Counted from the first letter of the whole stretch, positions 35,681 to 48,507 are shown. The stretch: 62,846 nt of DNA, filler included, from Gonapodya sp. JEL0774 (GCA_027604505.1; 2 parts of 2 records of this genome joined end to end with filler, not necessarily neighbours in it), one strand, 5' to 3'. Numbers and translations: made by a program. The notes: a model not told the origin generated them from the sequence alone.

Positions 35681-37391
35681 TCTGCGGTGTTATTCTTTGC
35701 GGATTGTTCGACTGATGGGACAGTGTTGGTCGAGTCAAGTGCAGATGTTGGAAAGGCAGCCCTTTGCTCCTTGTCATTGGTGTGGCCGCGTCTCAAGGCC
35801 TGAAATTGAAATCGGTAAACAGAATATATTGGATCTCATACCGCTTTCATTCGCTACTGATATTAAGAACTCCATGATTGAACACATCGAATCCAAGATG
35901 GCTTTTGAAATTGCCGAAAGTGTCAAAAGTCCCGATGTTAGTCATATCCTTCTGGAAACTATTCCTCTCGCGTCCCCCGGCCCCCGCCCTCGTCGTCGGC
36001 TTGTCGTCGGCAGAGAACCCCAACAAGGTGAGTTGATTCCCGTCTCCACGGGTCTCATTCATTAAAAAATACATCGATCGAGTCACTGATGACGATTATG
36101 TCCTCTCCGCCCCTTATCGTGGTGTCTCCCAGCCAGTGTTGTGCCGAGCAATGTGTGCCGAACTAACCCGCCCTGGAGGCAAAACCCGCGGCGACACAAT
36201 CCCGCGACCATGGATCGCAACTCTTCTCACTGATGCGCCTGGAATTCGGTGAGAATGGGGGAACTTCAGCGACCTTCCGTCTGGTCTCTGGACTTTACGT
36301 TCCGGGACATTCTTGTCAGTTGAAGCGTGATTTTCCCCATTCGCAACCGCGCAATGCTCGCCATGAATCCAAGAGATGTTTTAGTGCCGGTGGCGGGCTC
36401 CTCACTGCCGTCCCCGGATGTCGGTTCCAAAGTGTAACTTGCCCAACGCGGTATCTCCACCGAACCCGCGAAGACGAAGCCGCATGATACGCGACAAGCT
36501 CGAAGTCAAAAATGAGTTTCAATATTGGTTGGGTTTTGGGATGAGATGTGTGAACTGACAGGGCGACTCAGGAAAATACCTCCCGACGCGGAGGAATTCA
36601 GTCGCAGAACACGCGCCCGACGTCGCTCCTCACCAACGTTCTATAATTGACTCGCAATGGTTTTCTGTGTTGGGCGACCGCATGGACTTGGGGTGGCCCC
36701 CTGCCGTGATTCCGATGAATCACTGCCGGGGGCACCCCAACACGGACTCTGAAAGACTGGTGAGCTCCCTACATTTTCCCCTGATTGCCGAACAACCACT
36801 CACATTAACAATCACTGCTAAGTTGCGCTCAAGGTACAAGTCATGCTTCATGGGGTGGTATACGGTGGCATCTGAGCTTTGAGCCAGCGTCGTGGAGGTG
36901 CGGCGCAATGCGTGACAAGACTGAAATGAAAGCTATGGACTCGTGGTTGCCGGTGAGTGCCATGTCAGTCCTTTGTAAGTTTGAACGTGTGATCGGCAAC
37001 CCAATCCCTTCTCTAACCCTATGGAGCCCTCACTCACAAGTTGACACACCTGTATGGGGTCAAGCGTGGCACATTGAGCTCCCGCTGACGTTTCCTCCCT
37101 ACTTCGCCTGCTCAGACGTTTTACAGGATTGCTCCCATGGAATAAAGGTGAGTTCCGTATTCGTTGGACTATTTGTTGTGCTAAAGGTGCTTTTTTGTCA
37201 CCCCAGAACACTTTAATTTAAGTCTAATTTTTTTTTTTTTTATGTTGTCCCAATATATTCATCCACATTCCAAATATCTTATCTGTGTTCTCGTACGGAA
37301 TCACCCAAGTGGGGCTCGTCCGCATTTGATCTGGCATGAGGACTAGCAGTTTCCTGCTTTTCTTGGTCATGGCAATCGGTTTCTGCGGAGG

Positions 37392-37770
37392 ATGCCGCCA
37401 ACACCTGTCGAAACTGTTATCGACCTGAAGCTGGTTGCATTGCTTGTCAAGGACGGATTTTCCGACCAAGAAATCTCCCAGATTTCCAAAGAAATGCATG
37501 GGTTTGCAACCAGAGGCCTAGGTGAACGCAACAGAAGGCGAATTCATCAAGACCACGGAATTGACTACACAATGTCGCCCACACCGGACGAGCTTAACAG
37601 ACGTATCTGTTACGCGGTGGGAGAGGCACTTTTTTGTCGAAAATGCCAGAATTTTCGTTGTTTCAATCACCAAACGCTTCCACACTTGCACTTCTTCATA
37701 TTGGTCATTCAATGGGGTACGAAAAGATTCGAGGCTTTCTGGCATCGCGAGGTATTCAATACCCTGCGTA
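37392..37770 (+). pseudogene. N-terminal fragment resembling eukaryotic IS481/IS3-like integrase-core transposases
   Basis: HTH-like LVKDGFSDQEIS...GERNRRRIHQDHGI, then PDELNRRI and, in another frame, GHSMGYEKIRGFLASRGIQYP. No DDE core found downstream. Confidence 0.45.
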
Positions 37771-38682
37771 ATCTCTTGAGGGACTTTCGGGACAATAGAA
37801 GGAATGCTGAAAGGCCCCAATCCGACTTGGGGAAACTTGGCAGCACAGAAGAAGGAGACGGATATGACGAGAAAGGAAACGAAATCTCTAGTTCAGGCAT
37901 TTTCGACACTGTATGGGTTCAAAAAAGTGGGTTCCTTCATGGTTCTACACTCCCACCTTCTTTCTGAAACATTTTTCTTCCGGAAATATGTTGAAACCAC
38001 TGCAAACGAACTGGGACTTTGAATTGAAAAGCGTGGCGCTCCCAAACGGGCAGAATTTGTAATAACGATGCCAGACAACCTCGGCTGTTCCAGTGGAAGC
38101 TCCAGTCACGGAGACAGTGATTCTTTGAGCGACGGAAGTAATGATAAATCGCGTTCTTCGTCTGCGGTGAGACCTAAAAGACAAGAGCTGGAGTTTCGCA
38201 ATAGGAAATGGGAAGAGGTGCGACGTGAAAGCTTGTTCCCCACGTTGATGGGTTTATCCACTTTTGTTTCACAAAGTCAGACCTCGCACCAGTGCACTTT
38301 AAGCTCGACGGACCAATATCACAGTCGCTAATCGCTCTTTCTCGGGAGCTCCGACCTTAGAAAGAAATCCAAACAGGGAGCAAAGGTCTCCATCGTCCCT
38401 TCCGAACTCCCCTTTCGAACTCTCACAAGTCCCCCAAGTAGCAACCGCACCGGAGTTTCATCCGAAGGATGTGGTTCCCGACGAGGAGTACGACAGAATC
38501 TTGGAAGTACAGTGAGGGCTGCCAATCGCCCTTTAGTGGTTCCAACCCCGAAGAACCGCGACAATGGAACTCGAATTCTGAGACACTGGTGAGTTGTTCT
38601 CTGCGACTCTATGTCTCCAACGTTTCGCCTACTGCCTTTCACTGTCGCAAACTCATCGACTCAGCCGTCCCAGAAGAAACAT

Positions 38683-38730
38683 CGCCAGTCCGCCAGTCCG
38701 CCAGACCGCCAGACCGCGAGACCGCCAAAC
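38683..38730 (+). repeat. Tandem 8-mer CGCCAGWC x6 (imperfect)
   Basis: cgccagtc cgccagtc cgccagac cgccagac cgcgagac cgccaaac. Confidence 0.85.
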
Positions 38731-39276
38731 CCAGCTTGAGCCTCGAACCACGTCTACAACCTCCGAAAGCTCAGGTGAGTATGAAGTGGCCCATTCCCGT
38801 CGGAGGGAACAGTGGGTGGCAGAGCATCCCCAGCGGGATAGACCATGTGTCATTTCCGGGGGAGCTATCCGGCCCGGGGGGCCGCCAACCCCACTGCGTG
38901 CGTCGGAGCATGGTGCCACCGGGAGGGGGTGCTGAGCGGGACCGAGGAAACGCAGGACCGGGTCCCGTTGGCGGGCGTCCACGTCGCGGACCCTGGAAAC
39001 GTTGCTAGCGGCCATTGACGGACGCGTGTGACGGCTAAATGCTCGCCTGTAGATAACAGGATCTGTTTGACATGTACATAATGCGGAACTGACAATACAA
39101 AAGTTTCCACCCTGATATTGCTGTCGCGGACTATTCTCTTTGAGACGTATAACTAACATTGTAAGAGTGCTCTGACTTCTGAAAGTAAAATGACTGGGTG
39201 AGAAAGAGGAGTGGTGTGCATTAGATTATGCAACACTACCTTGCGATGTACAAGGATACGTCATACTAGCTGAGCA

Positions 39277-42200
39277 TTACGATCTTCTCCTTTTGCCCTT
39301 TTTCGAAGACTTTTCTCGGCGCTTTGCTGCTTTCATTTCCTTCTTCATCACTCCGTCCACCATCTTGTAACGCCCCTTGACCCCTTTGGGTCGACCCTTG
39401 ACACGGCGATTCGCGCCTTTTGCAACGACAAGCTTGGGTCGCTCACGTTTCTCCACACGTGCTCGGCCAATTTTGCGAGAAAGTTTTCTGAGGGCCGCAA
39501 CTTTGGACGAGGTCGTCGCGCCTGAAGAGAGGTGTGTCGGTTCGCAATTGATTGATAAACAAACAGTGACGGAGTTCCATCTTACTTGGGTCATCATCCT
39601 CCCAAACTTTCCCCATTTCCGCTCTCAACTTTTGCACTTTCTTGGAAGCCCGCAACTTCTTGCGCGCTTTCGCCTCAACCACCTTCTTTATTGTACGATC
39701 ATTCACTCCTTTCATCCGCTGCTTGAGAACCTCAATCGCTTCCTTGGAGACCGGCATCGAAGGACGGTTGTGCTTCCTCTCATCGTCCGCAAACCACGAA
39801 GGAAGACTATCCTTCGGGTCGTTGTATGCATACCGATTGAAGGAATCGTCAATTACAGAAGCGCGTGTGGAGGGGCGGAGAAGTTTATGGGCAAGAGTGA
39901 GAGCTTCAGCAGTGTTGAGTCTGGTAGGTGGACCGTCGTCCTCATCATCCTCCATATCCGAAAGCACGTGTTCTCGCTCAGGTTCAAGAGGAACGATCTC
40001 AAAATCGTTGTCCTTCGGTGATTTGCTCTCTTCCTCGTCCTTTTCAAGAACTGCATTCTTTGAGGAACCTTTCCCGCTCTTCTTCTCGTCCTTTTTCCTC
40101 CGCTTCGAATCACGATCTGGTACCCGCACAGAAGCTGCATCTTCATCCGGTTTGTGATCGTCCTCGGTACTCCGCCGCTTAGTTCCCCGTGTTCTTGATT
40201 TCTCCGGCGCGCTCAAATCTTGGACCATTTCATTCAACACGTCAAACACGGGATTCGCGAAGAACATTCGAGCGCTCTTGGAAAGCACCCCACGGGGGGC
40301 TTCCGGCACAGTATCCCCCTCCCCGGGATCTCTGTTGTGCTCCTTTGCATCCAGCTCTATTTCTTCCGGATCGTCCTCCTTCCCAACGGGACCGTCACCA
40401 CTCCAACTATCACTATCAGAGTCAGAGTCAGATGTCTGTTCTGCTTTCTGCTTGTCATCATCTATACCCCACCATTCCTCAGTTTTGGATATCGGTTTGT
40501 CCTCCAAGCCTTCCTTCTCGCGCCTCAGCTTCTCCTCAACAAGAACCTTCACATCAGCAGCACGCCGACGAGCCACATACTCGTCGTAGCCAGCTTCCAA
40601 TTCCGCATCAAGCTCCCGAAGATGCCTTGGAACCCCATCCTCGTCCTCCGAAGGTTCTGATTCTTCGTCGGTCTCCGTTACGGTACTCTCCCGATCGGAC
40701 CCTTCGATGTGCACGCCGTCTGGATCCAGCTCGCCAAAGTCTACATCAGGGCCGCTCATTCCCGCACCACCAAAGTCAAGTCCAATGTCCTCCGGTACTT
40801 GCATGCCGAGGTTCATCCGCTGCAGTGCCCGACGCTTGCGCTCGAGAACTTGCTTGCGCAATCGTGAAGCAGATTTCTTGAGAAGAGAAGATTCTGCTGT
40901 GGCCTGGTGGTAAATGTGAGAAATTAAGTTCGGCAATCGCCGTCCTCTCTTGTGAACCATAGATTGAACTCACGACTTGCTCCAACTTCTCATCATCTCG
41001 CTCGTCATCCTCAACATTTTTCATTTCCTCGTCCTCATTCCCTTCTTTCTCCTCCTTCTTCCGGTACTTTCCAATTTGCATGGCTTTCCTCAGTTCCTCT
41101 CTCCACCTCAACAGTACCCTAAATTCCTTCTTCCCAAGCACCCGCAAGTCCGCGCAACAGGCGCGCACCTCTTCGGACGCACGGGCGAGAAGCTCACTCA
41201 GCGTGGGTGCTCCTTCGACCGTGGCAACAGAATCCGCCGGCAGCTCACTACCAGGTTCCGATGCCGACGGGAAAGTGAGGGCACTTGCGCGGGCAAGAAC
41301 AGATAGGGCATCACCAGATAGGATGAATTCGCGAACTGGCTCTGGGTGGTAGAGTGTGTAGTCACCGTCCGCATAACCGGAACGATGCCGACGGTGTTTC
41401 TGATTTACGTTTTAAAAGTATCCCATACAAAAGTTGAGTCTTGTTTTGCAAAGATGACGTATCCAACCCGTCCAATACTCACCTCGGGGTGAACCAAGTC
41501 GTTCAGGACTCGACCCTTCTCCTCTGCATCCGGGTCCGGAGCCTCACCATCCGCATCGTCAACGTCCTTGAACACAGAGTTCGGATCCAGAAGTCGAGGG
41601 TCGATGGAGGAAGGATTGGCGGGTTTGAAGCCATTACAGACCAAGAATATTTCTGCAGAAACCTTCGAGTCGTAGAATTTTAGATGAGAGAGTGACAGTT
41701 CCGTGGAAAGGTGGAAGTAATGAAATAATATGATGAGCCAATACCCCTTATGCAGCAATAAATTCAATTGCTCGTGAGCTCGTGCGACGTACCTGCCGAG
41801 AACTTTCCGGTTTTGTAGCCTCGACCTTTGAAAACAATTGCTGAAGCGCCCAGAGCAAAGAGTTGTAATCACGCGACCGGAAAATCTTGGTGACAAAGGT
41901 ACCTCCTTGACGAAGGAACTGCGAGGCGAGTTTCACGGCGGAGAGAGTGAGGACGTTCTGTGCGTAAGCGTCTGAGGTCCATGATGTACCAATGTTGGGA
42001 GCACCGTCGTGGACGACGCTGATCAATTAAAACCATGGTAGAATCAGATTAAGAAAATGGGTGGTAAGAAGTATCAAAGCGGGGCTCCTCTTACACGTCG
42101 GCTTTCCAGTCCTTGAGCTCTCGGCGGATGGTCTGCTTGCACTTTTCCGTGGTAATGTCCTCCACAAATGTAAGACAGCGATGGACGGGCTTAATGGGCA

Positions 42201-42799
42201 CAATATCGACACCTATAAAAATTTGGTGAGTTTTCGAGGGAGAGACAGGCACAATCATAATCGTCAAGGAACCCTGCACCTTTGCTACAATCCGCACGCT
42301 ATCGCTGCAAGCTTTCTGAGGCTCGTCATCCAGGCGTTCACATAGTAGCACATGGTCGCTCACCATCATTGACTTCCCCAAGCACGTAGGTTACTGGACA
42401 TGGCTCCCCCATGCAGCCCCCTCTCGCCCCACGCGACCTCACGCACACATCCCTAATGACATTTCTGAGAAAAACTCACCGATAATAAGAGAGTTTTGTT
42501 GCGGCATGTACTTCTCCGCGACCTGCAGCCATCCACCCGGAGCGGCGCAAAGATCGATGAGCACTTTGGCTTTCTCAAGGAACCCATACTTTCTGTTAAG
42601 CTGAATGAGCTTGAAGGCAGCACGGGAACGGTATCCGGCTTCCTTGGCCAGGTGGTAGTACTTGTCGAGACGATTCTTTCCCTGAGGAAGCGAGGACCAT
42701 CAAGCAGGTTCAAATTAGGCCATGAGATTGCCCGATTGAATCAATTTCTGGCGGCATCGCAGCGTTTTTCGAGCTCACCTTCTTTGACTTCTTCGCCAT
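39277..42799 (-). CDS. SPB1: 27S pre-rRNA 2'-O-methyltransferase Spb1/FTSJ3
   Basis: [68 protein letters not shown], and the Spb1 C-terminal [37 protein letters not shown]. Confidence 0.97.
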
Positions 42800-43212
42800 T
42801 TCTGTTGGGCAACTCTGGTCCACTGATCCGAGCTTTCTCTTTCGGTGCTGGGGAGGGAGCGCTTGCTTTGGTCGCCCCCAAACCTGGACTGGCAGTGCGT
42901 TTGTGCACACATTTTGCTCCACATTCAGCTCCAACGGCGGATGATTCTGCAAGAAGTATTTCGTTGGTGAATTCTTTGCACATTGGTCGCAAGAGACAAA
43001 AGCACTTCTGAAGATAACGGTGAACATCAACTTATAGTTGTCCTCAGTAGTACCTCTGAGACTTGAATATTTGAGATGCTTGTGCGTGTACGTACTTCTC
43101 GTGACGAAGATCGGACAGGCGCCATGAAGTTCTCATTTAGGGGTGCCTCGCACTCCAACCCACACCTGTCGGTTCACCTCCTGCCGAGCCCGGTATTACC
43201 AAGTTTTCAAAG

Positions 43213-45527
43213 ATGGCGACATCTGAGGTTAAAGTCCGACCTGAGTTCCGAGCGATGTTTGCGGATATGGTGAAGGCGCGGAGGATGCTTCGTGAGTCGC
43301 TGGTTCGAAAGTGGGAGACGCGATACGTCACTTTGATGAACCGAATGTACCTTTGTATCGCGCAGATTCGTGGCCAGAGATGGGATTTCAAGAGGTCAAA
43401 ACATCCAACTATATTGCAGAGGAGCTGGAAAAGCTTCCCGGGATGACAGTTCACCGCGGGCTTGGCAAAACCGGTGTGGTTGGAATGTAAGTCTGGGGCG
43501 ATCGTTGCGCCCTCCAGAGTTGCTCACACTGTAAACTATTCGATTTTTAAGCTACAAGGGTCGTTCCGCCTCCCCCACGGTTGCCCTTCGAGCTGACATG
43601 GACGGCCTTCCGTGAGTGAGATATCGCAGTAAGAACATATGAACTACATAATATGTTCGAAAACCAACTGATGTTCCAGAGTGAATGAGCGGCCGAGTCA
43701 CTTCCGTGATGCGAGCTGGGTCTCGAAGAATCCAGGCGTAATGCATGCCTGCGGACATGATGGCAAGTGTTACTCATTCGTTGTACATGCTCAGTCACAC
43801 ACGGTAACACGATTCACGTTTTCAAAACAAAAGGTCACGTCGTCAGTGAGTATGCAGTACCCTGGAAATACCATCAAGCAATGCGGTACCTTTGATCCCT
43901 CACAATGTCTCCGTAACCCACTAGTGCTCCTCTTCTTCGCCAAGGTGCTTGTGAAGGAGTACCCGCCGAGCAGCTTCGATGGCACCCTTGTCTTCGTTTT
44001 CCAACCTGCTGAAGAAGGGGGAGGTGGTGCAGAGAAGATGCTCGACGACGGTCTGTTAACTGTTGGTGGAATCAAGGACATTGATGCTTTTGTAAGTGCT
44101 TTCCAAGCATGGTAACACACGTTCCTCCTTCATTAATGTTGATTGTATTGCCTTTTGCACTGTCGAACAATTTAGTACGGAATCCACTTGATGTCCGGCG
44201 CACCTCTGGGTAAAATGGCCATCAAATCAGGACCTCTCATGGCCGGAATTGACATCTTTGATATCCACAGTACGTGCGCCTGCCTTCGCCGCGAGATTTT
44301 CAGATGAAGTTAATACTCTTCTTCCCTACGTCGTTCTCCTATGCTTCCGTGCACTGTAGTCCAAGGTGTCGGTGGTCACGGTACGTGATCGATCAGCCTT
44401 TCACGTAATTCCTTCTCTGACATCCGATCCTGTTCAACGTGCAACGAAACTCCTCAAACTATAAGGTGCCATGCCCCACCAGACTGTCGACTCCATCCTC
44501 GTTGCTACTGCCCTCGTTCAGCAACTGCACCACATCATTTCCAGGAATGTCGATCCTACGGAAGCGGGAGTTTTGGTGGGTTGGAATCTATCGAGTGATG
44601 TGAACGGATGAAAGTGATACTGATATGACACGCACTACTTCAATTGCCCAGACCGTTGGCAAGATAAATGCAGGCACTGCGGTGGTGCGTCACCCTGTTA
44701 CAATTCGTCATTTTCAGTTGATTGCTTCAAATTTTGAACCTGTATTCCGTTTCGTTCACGTAGAATGTTATAGCCGACACCGCCGAAATCAACGGCACAA
44801 TCCGACACTTCAACCCCGCCGTTCAAGCCACACTTCACAATCGGATTAAAACCCTGTGTGAAGGATTGGCGAAAGCTTACGGCTGCACTATTGACGCCAA
44901 GGTTGTACCTGAATACCCAGCCACTATTAACCATGCTCGGGAGACGGACATTGTGATTCAGGCGGTGGAAAAGGTTCTCGGTGGCGAGGGCATCATCAGG
45001 ATGCAGAAGGGAATAATGGGATCAGAAGATTTCAGCTACTTCCGTTGAGTTGTTTTGTTGTCAAATTCTCTTTGGTGTGTGCCTCTGATGAACCCTGGTG
45101 CTTGCGGTGATTAGTGAATGTTCGACCAGGCGCTTTCATGTTCCTTGGAGCTGCCGTGAATCCAAATGACATTAACAAATACCCGCACCACAGGTGAGTG
45201 AAGTCAGAAGGATTGTTAGTGGATTCCGAAAACAGTCTTTTCACATTCTTATATGGACGGGGTCACGATAAATGATTAACATTTCCTTTCTCTTAAAAAC
45301 TAAGTCCTATCTTCGAGTTTCACGAGGACGCACTCATGATTGGCTCAAGCATTTGGATGCAGGTGAGATCTTGGGGGTTTGATCGGCTGGTTGCATAACC
45401 GTACATGACAGATGTCGTTGTTATGTTTCGGTGCTGCCTGAAATGACTGCAGCTCTTTGAGGATCTTTTCATTCGGCCCACTGTGAAGGCTGGGATAACC
45501 TCCATGGGAACAGGATCTCGCCTGTAA
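43213..45527 (+). CDS. M20D family amidohydrolase (hippurate/IAA-amino acid hydrolase-like) with C-terminal PTS1
   Basis: ALRADMDGLP, MHACGHDGH, FQPAEEGGGGA, GGHGAMPH, IISRNVDP, MGSEDFSYF; the final exon ends ...GTGSRL*. Confidence 0.93.
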
Positions 45528-45757
45528 TCAGAAACATTCATAAGGTAGTTTGATGTTTGCTTACTGATTTGTAGGCACCTCCATACGTACAGAACGCAAA
45601 TTGTGTTGTACGAATCAGAAGCTTGAGAAGTTCTATCGTGGATTGATGCCTGAGTGATGTGGGCTTCATTGGTACATATTTGCCCGGCACACACACAGCA
45701 CCTTGAGCCATCCAAGACCCAGCGACCACGCGGACTCTGATTTTGAAACATTAGACC

Positions 45758-48507
45758 ATGGCACAGGCTTCTACAGCTCCATTTTCTGTTTCTATCTCCG
45801 GGACGGTGCTCGCGGACTTGGTGTTTCTCGCCGGGTGTTTGAAAGGTGATTTCACCGGTGCACTCTTTGGAAACATAACATCCCGACGATACAGGGTGTT
45901 CACTGACGAGGCATCTGATGGCGAGTGGAAGGAGGACACGATCGTTGGTGAGGGACTGTTGTTCTGCCCGAGATACTATATGGATCGTTCGTTTCTGAGG
46001 AATCAACCCACATTCCTATTTCAAATACATTTTATTTTGAATGGATGCGTTAGTCATCACGCATATCGGTCACCCATCTCCAAACTCGCATGCGAATACC
46101 CTGTCCCCGCGCTCTGATCTCCATGATGCTTTGGGTAACCTCAACCATAGCCGAATCGCGGAGGTCGTTGGTAAAAGTATGAAGGTAAATGATCAAAGTT
46201 TTCGTCACTGCGTGGATCCATGCCTCGAAAGTGGATGGAAGATTGCTTGTGGGGATCCGACTCTCTATATCGCTCCTTCCGCGACAAAATTGCAGTTTTT
46301 GCAGTCGCATTCCATCATGTTACTCGCATGCACTGTTGCTTGACTCGTGCTCCCGTCCTTCATAGTCCTTCCTTGGATTTTTTCACTTCCGCCGCGGGGC
46401 ATCTGTCCACCGTTTGACTCTTCGAGAGCGTGCTGTTCTATCTTCCATGGGTGCTACTTCTCAGGGATCACCTCGCGCACCCCGAATGTCCTCCGCGACT
46501 TTGCCTCCAAACTCACCTTCGAGCATGCCCCAGCACCTACAGGATGTACCCCTGAGGTCCCATTCCACAAGGTGGCAAGAGTCTTTGGGTAGACCAAACG
46601 ACACTCTCGGCGCAGTCGGCGGTAGCGGCTATGGCGCCTCATCTGTCGAAACCAACTCTAGCTTCAACGATGGAGCTCCCTCAGCACCTCCTCCTTCCGG
46701 CTCTTTGGCCAGTTCATCCTCTTTCTCTGCAGCTGCCACTCATGTTTCTACAGACCGACATCAAATCCCTGCAATAGCGCAGACTGTTGCCGAGCGCCCA
46801 CGGGGGTCGAGCTCGGCCCGAACATCTGTGTCTCCAACAACAGTGGTCCCTTCTTCTTCGGGATCCAATCACTCTCGGAAACTTTCAGATGTTGACCGTT
46901 TCATGAGGGATCGCAATAAATCTCAGTTAAATGATTACAAGCGGGATAACTCCTGGAGTGGGTCGGGGGTCGCGATGGGAAGTGCGGAATCCGGAAACGG
47001 AGACCCTCGGATCCCTGTAAGTGAAACGGGCTTAGAGGGCATAGGAAGGCATCAAGGCACGTCAACTAGCTCTGGGTTGTCTCTGATTGAGAGGGCAGCC
47101 GCATCCTCATCCTCCACGGCGTCCGGGCGAGCAGGAGTGACGTTAATGGTACGTTAAGGTTCTGTTATGCTGTTTTTCAAAGTTCTGTCGGACCTTTCAT
47201 GTGACCTCATCCGTCATACTTTGGTGTGATCGAGAACAGACTCAACCTGCTCCCAATGACGCAATTCGCATCAGTCAGCACCCAAACAGGACGTTCTCCT
47301 CTATAACACGACAGACCGCACCACCGCCAGATCGTCCCCACGGAGACACCGGCAACGTTTCTCAAAAACGGACTTCACCGCGTCTACCCCGTGCGGGAAC
47401 TTCAGCGTCAATCCAAACCTCTGGAGGAGAGCTTCCTCATTCGCCTACAACCTTTGCCGAACAGGAGGAGCTGATAGAGTCCGATAGCACAACTGTAGAC
47501 TCCTCTTCAGTGGGAATCCCCAGTGTACCTTCTAGATTGCCCTCGGGATCTGTTCCATCATCAATCACCCGACCACCATCTGAAAGTATTTCTCCGCCAG
47601 TGTATTCTGATGCATACAACAGTCGCCCATTACCACCTATGGATACTTCTCGGGCAGAACGGTGGACCAAAGCTCCACCGTCGGTATCTGGGGTGGCACC
47701 TGCGCGTGTTTCATCAGCAGGAACGGACATATCCGGTTTGGCACCAAACTTGAACTTCCCTTGGCAGTCAGCATCATCTCCAAACTCCACCTCAGCTGCA
47801 TGGCAAAAGTCGTCAGTTCCGGTGGGCCATTCGTCGGACAAAGCTTTCAAGATAGTTGAGGAGAAAGGTGCCTCATCTGCTGGTCGGGGACCGGTTGAAG
47901 TTTCGTATCCGCCGCATCTTGGGTTGCATTCCGTGTTAATGGTCATGACGCAGGCGGTGTCCTCAGTGGGAGGAACTGTGACCTGGGAGTGGGCTTGTTG
48001 GGGGCGAGGAACGGATGGGTGAGTTGTGATGGACGAGGGACCTGGCACGAAAGATGTATTTTCTGACCGTGGATCGTTCAAACAGTGATCCTGTGAAACT
48101 CCGGACAGCTATTCCGAATGTTCAGGACACGGGCTCTGCGAGCTCATCCTTGGCATTTGTGCCGCAGACAGCCCAAAATTCGCCGCCGTGAGCTGACCTG
48201 GTGCTTCATCAGAGTGTTTCTCTGTTAATCCGAACTCACACGTCATCATGTTCACCGGCTCGCACATGCAATCTCAGTCCATTATTCAATGCTATCGCAG
48301 GATTAGATCCTACTCGATATGTGAAGGACTACCAAGATGCACTGGAGAAGGCTGTTCACGAGTTGGAGGTATATATTTGTGCATCATCTTTTTACGATCG
48401 TGAATCCCACATCCTGAATGCTTCGGACATAATCCTCAAAATCACAGCGTGCTACCGCGGAGCTTGCGGAAAATCAGAGCATTTTGGCAGAGTTGCTGGG
48501 GAGGTAG
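45758..48507 (+). CDS. Abraxas/ABRO1 (FAM175)-like inactive MPN-domain protein with a large disordered insertion and C-terminal coiled coil
   Basis: SISGTVLADLVF...GDFTGALFG...FTD, LHDALGNLN, FLGFFHFRRGASVHRLTLRERAV resemble Abraxas LSGFVLGALAF...DTEGFLLG...ITD, FYNSSGEVN, VVGWYKFRR...MTFRERLL. The remaining strands (VLMVMT...TWEWACW...LRTAIPNV) follow a ~450-aa S/P-rich insert. Confidence 0.7.

Noticed and set aside
36688..36740. Hairpin as a SECIS element (some early-diverging fungi use selenocysteine)
   Set aside because: Lacks the AUGA/GA quartet with an 11-12 bp upper stem and apical AA, and no upstream ORF with an in-frame TGA in a redox motif was found.
37013..37021. CTAACCCTA as a telomerase RNA template
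   Set aside because: A 9-mer is expected by chance about once in a window this size; no convincing pseudoknot follows, and the H/ACA-like hairpins lie upstream rather than downstream.
42213..42479. C/D snoRNA in the unusually long SPB1 intron
   Set aside because: Only an imperfect C box (ATGATGG) and no downstream CTGA D box on the sense strand.
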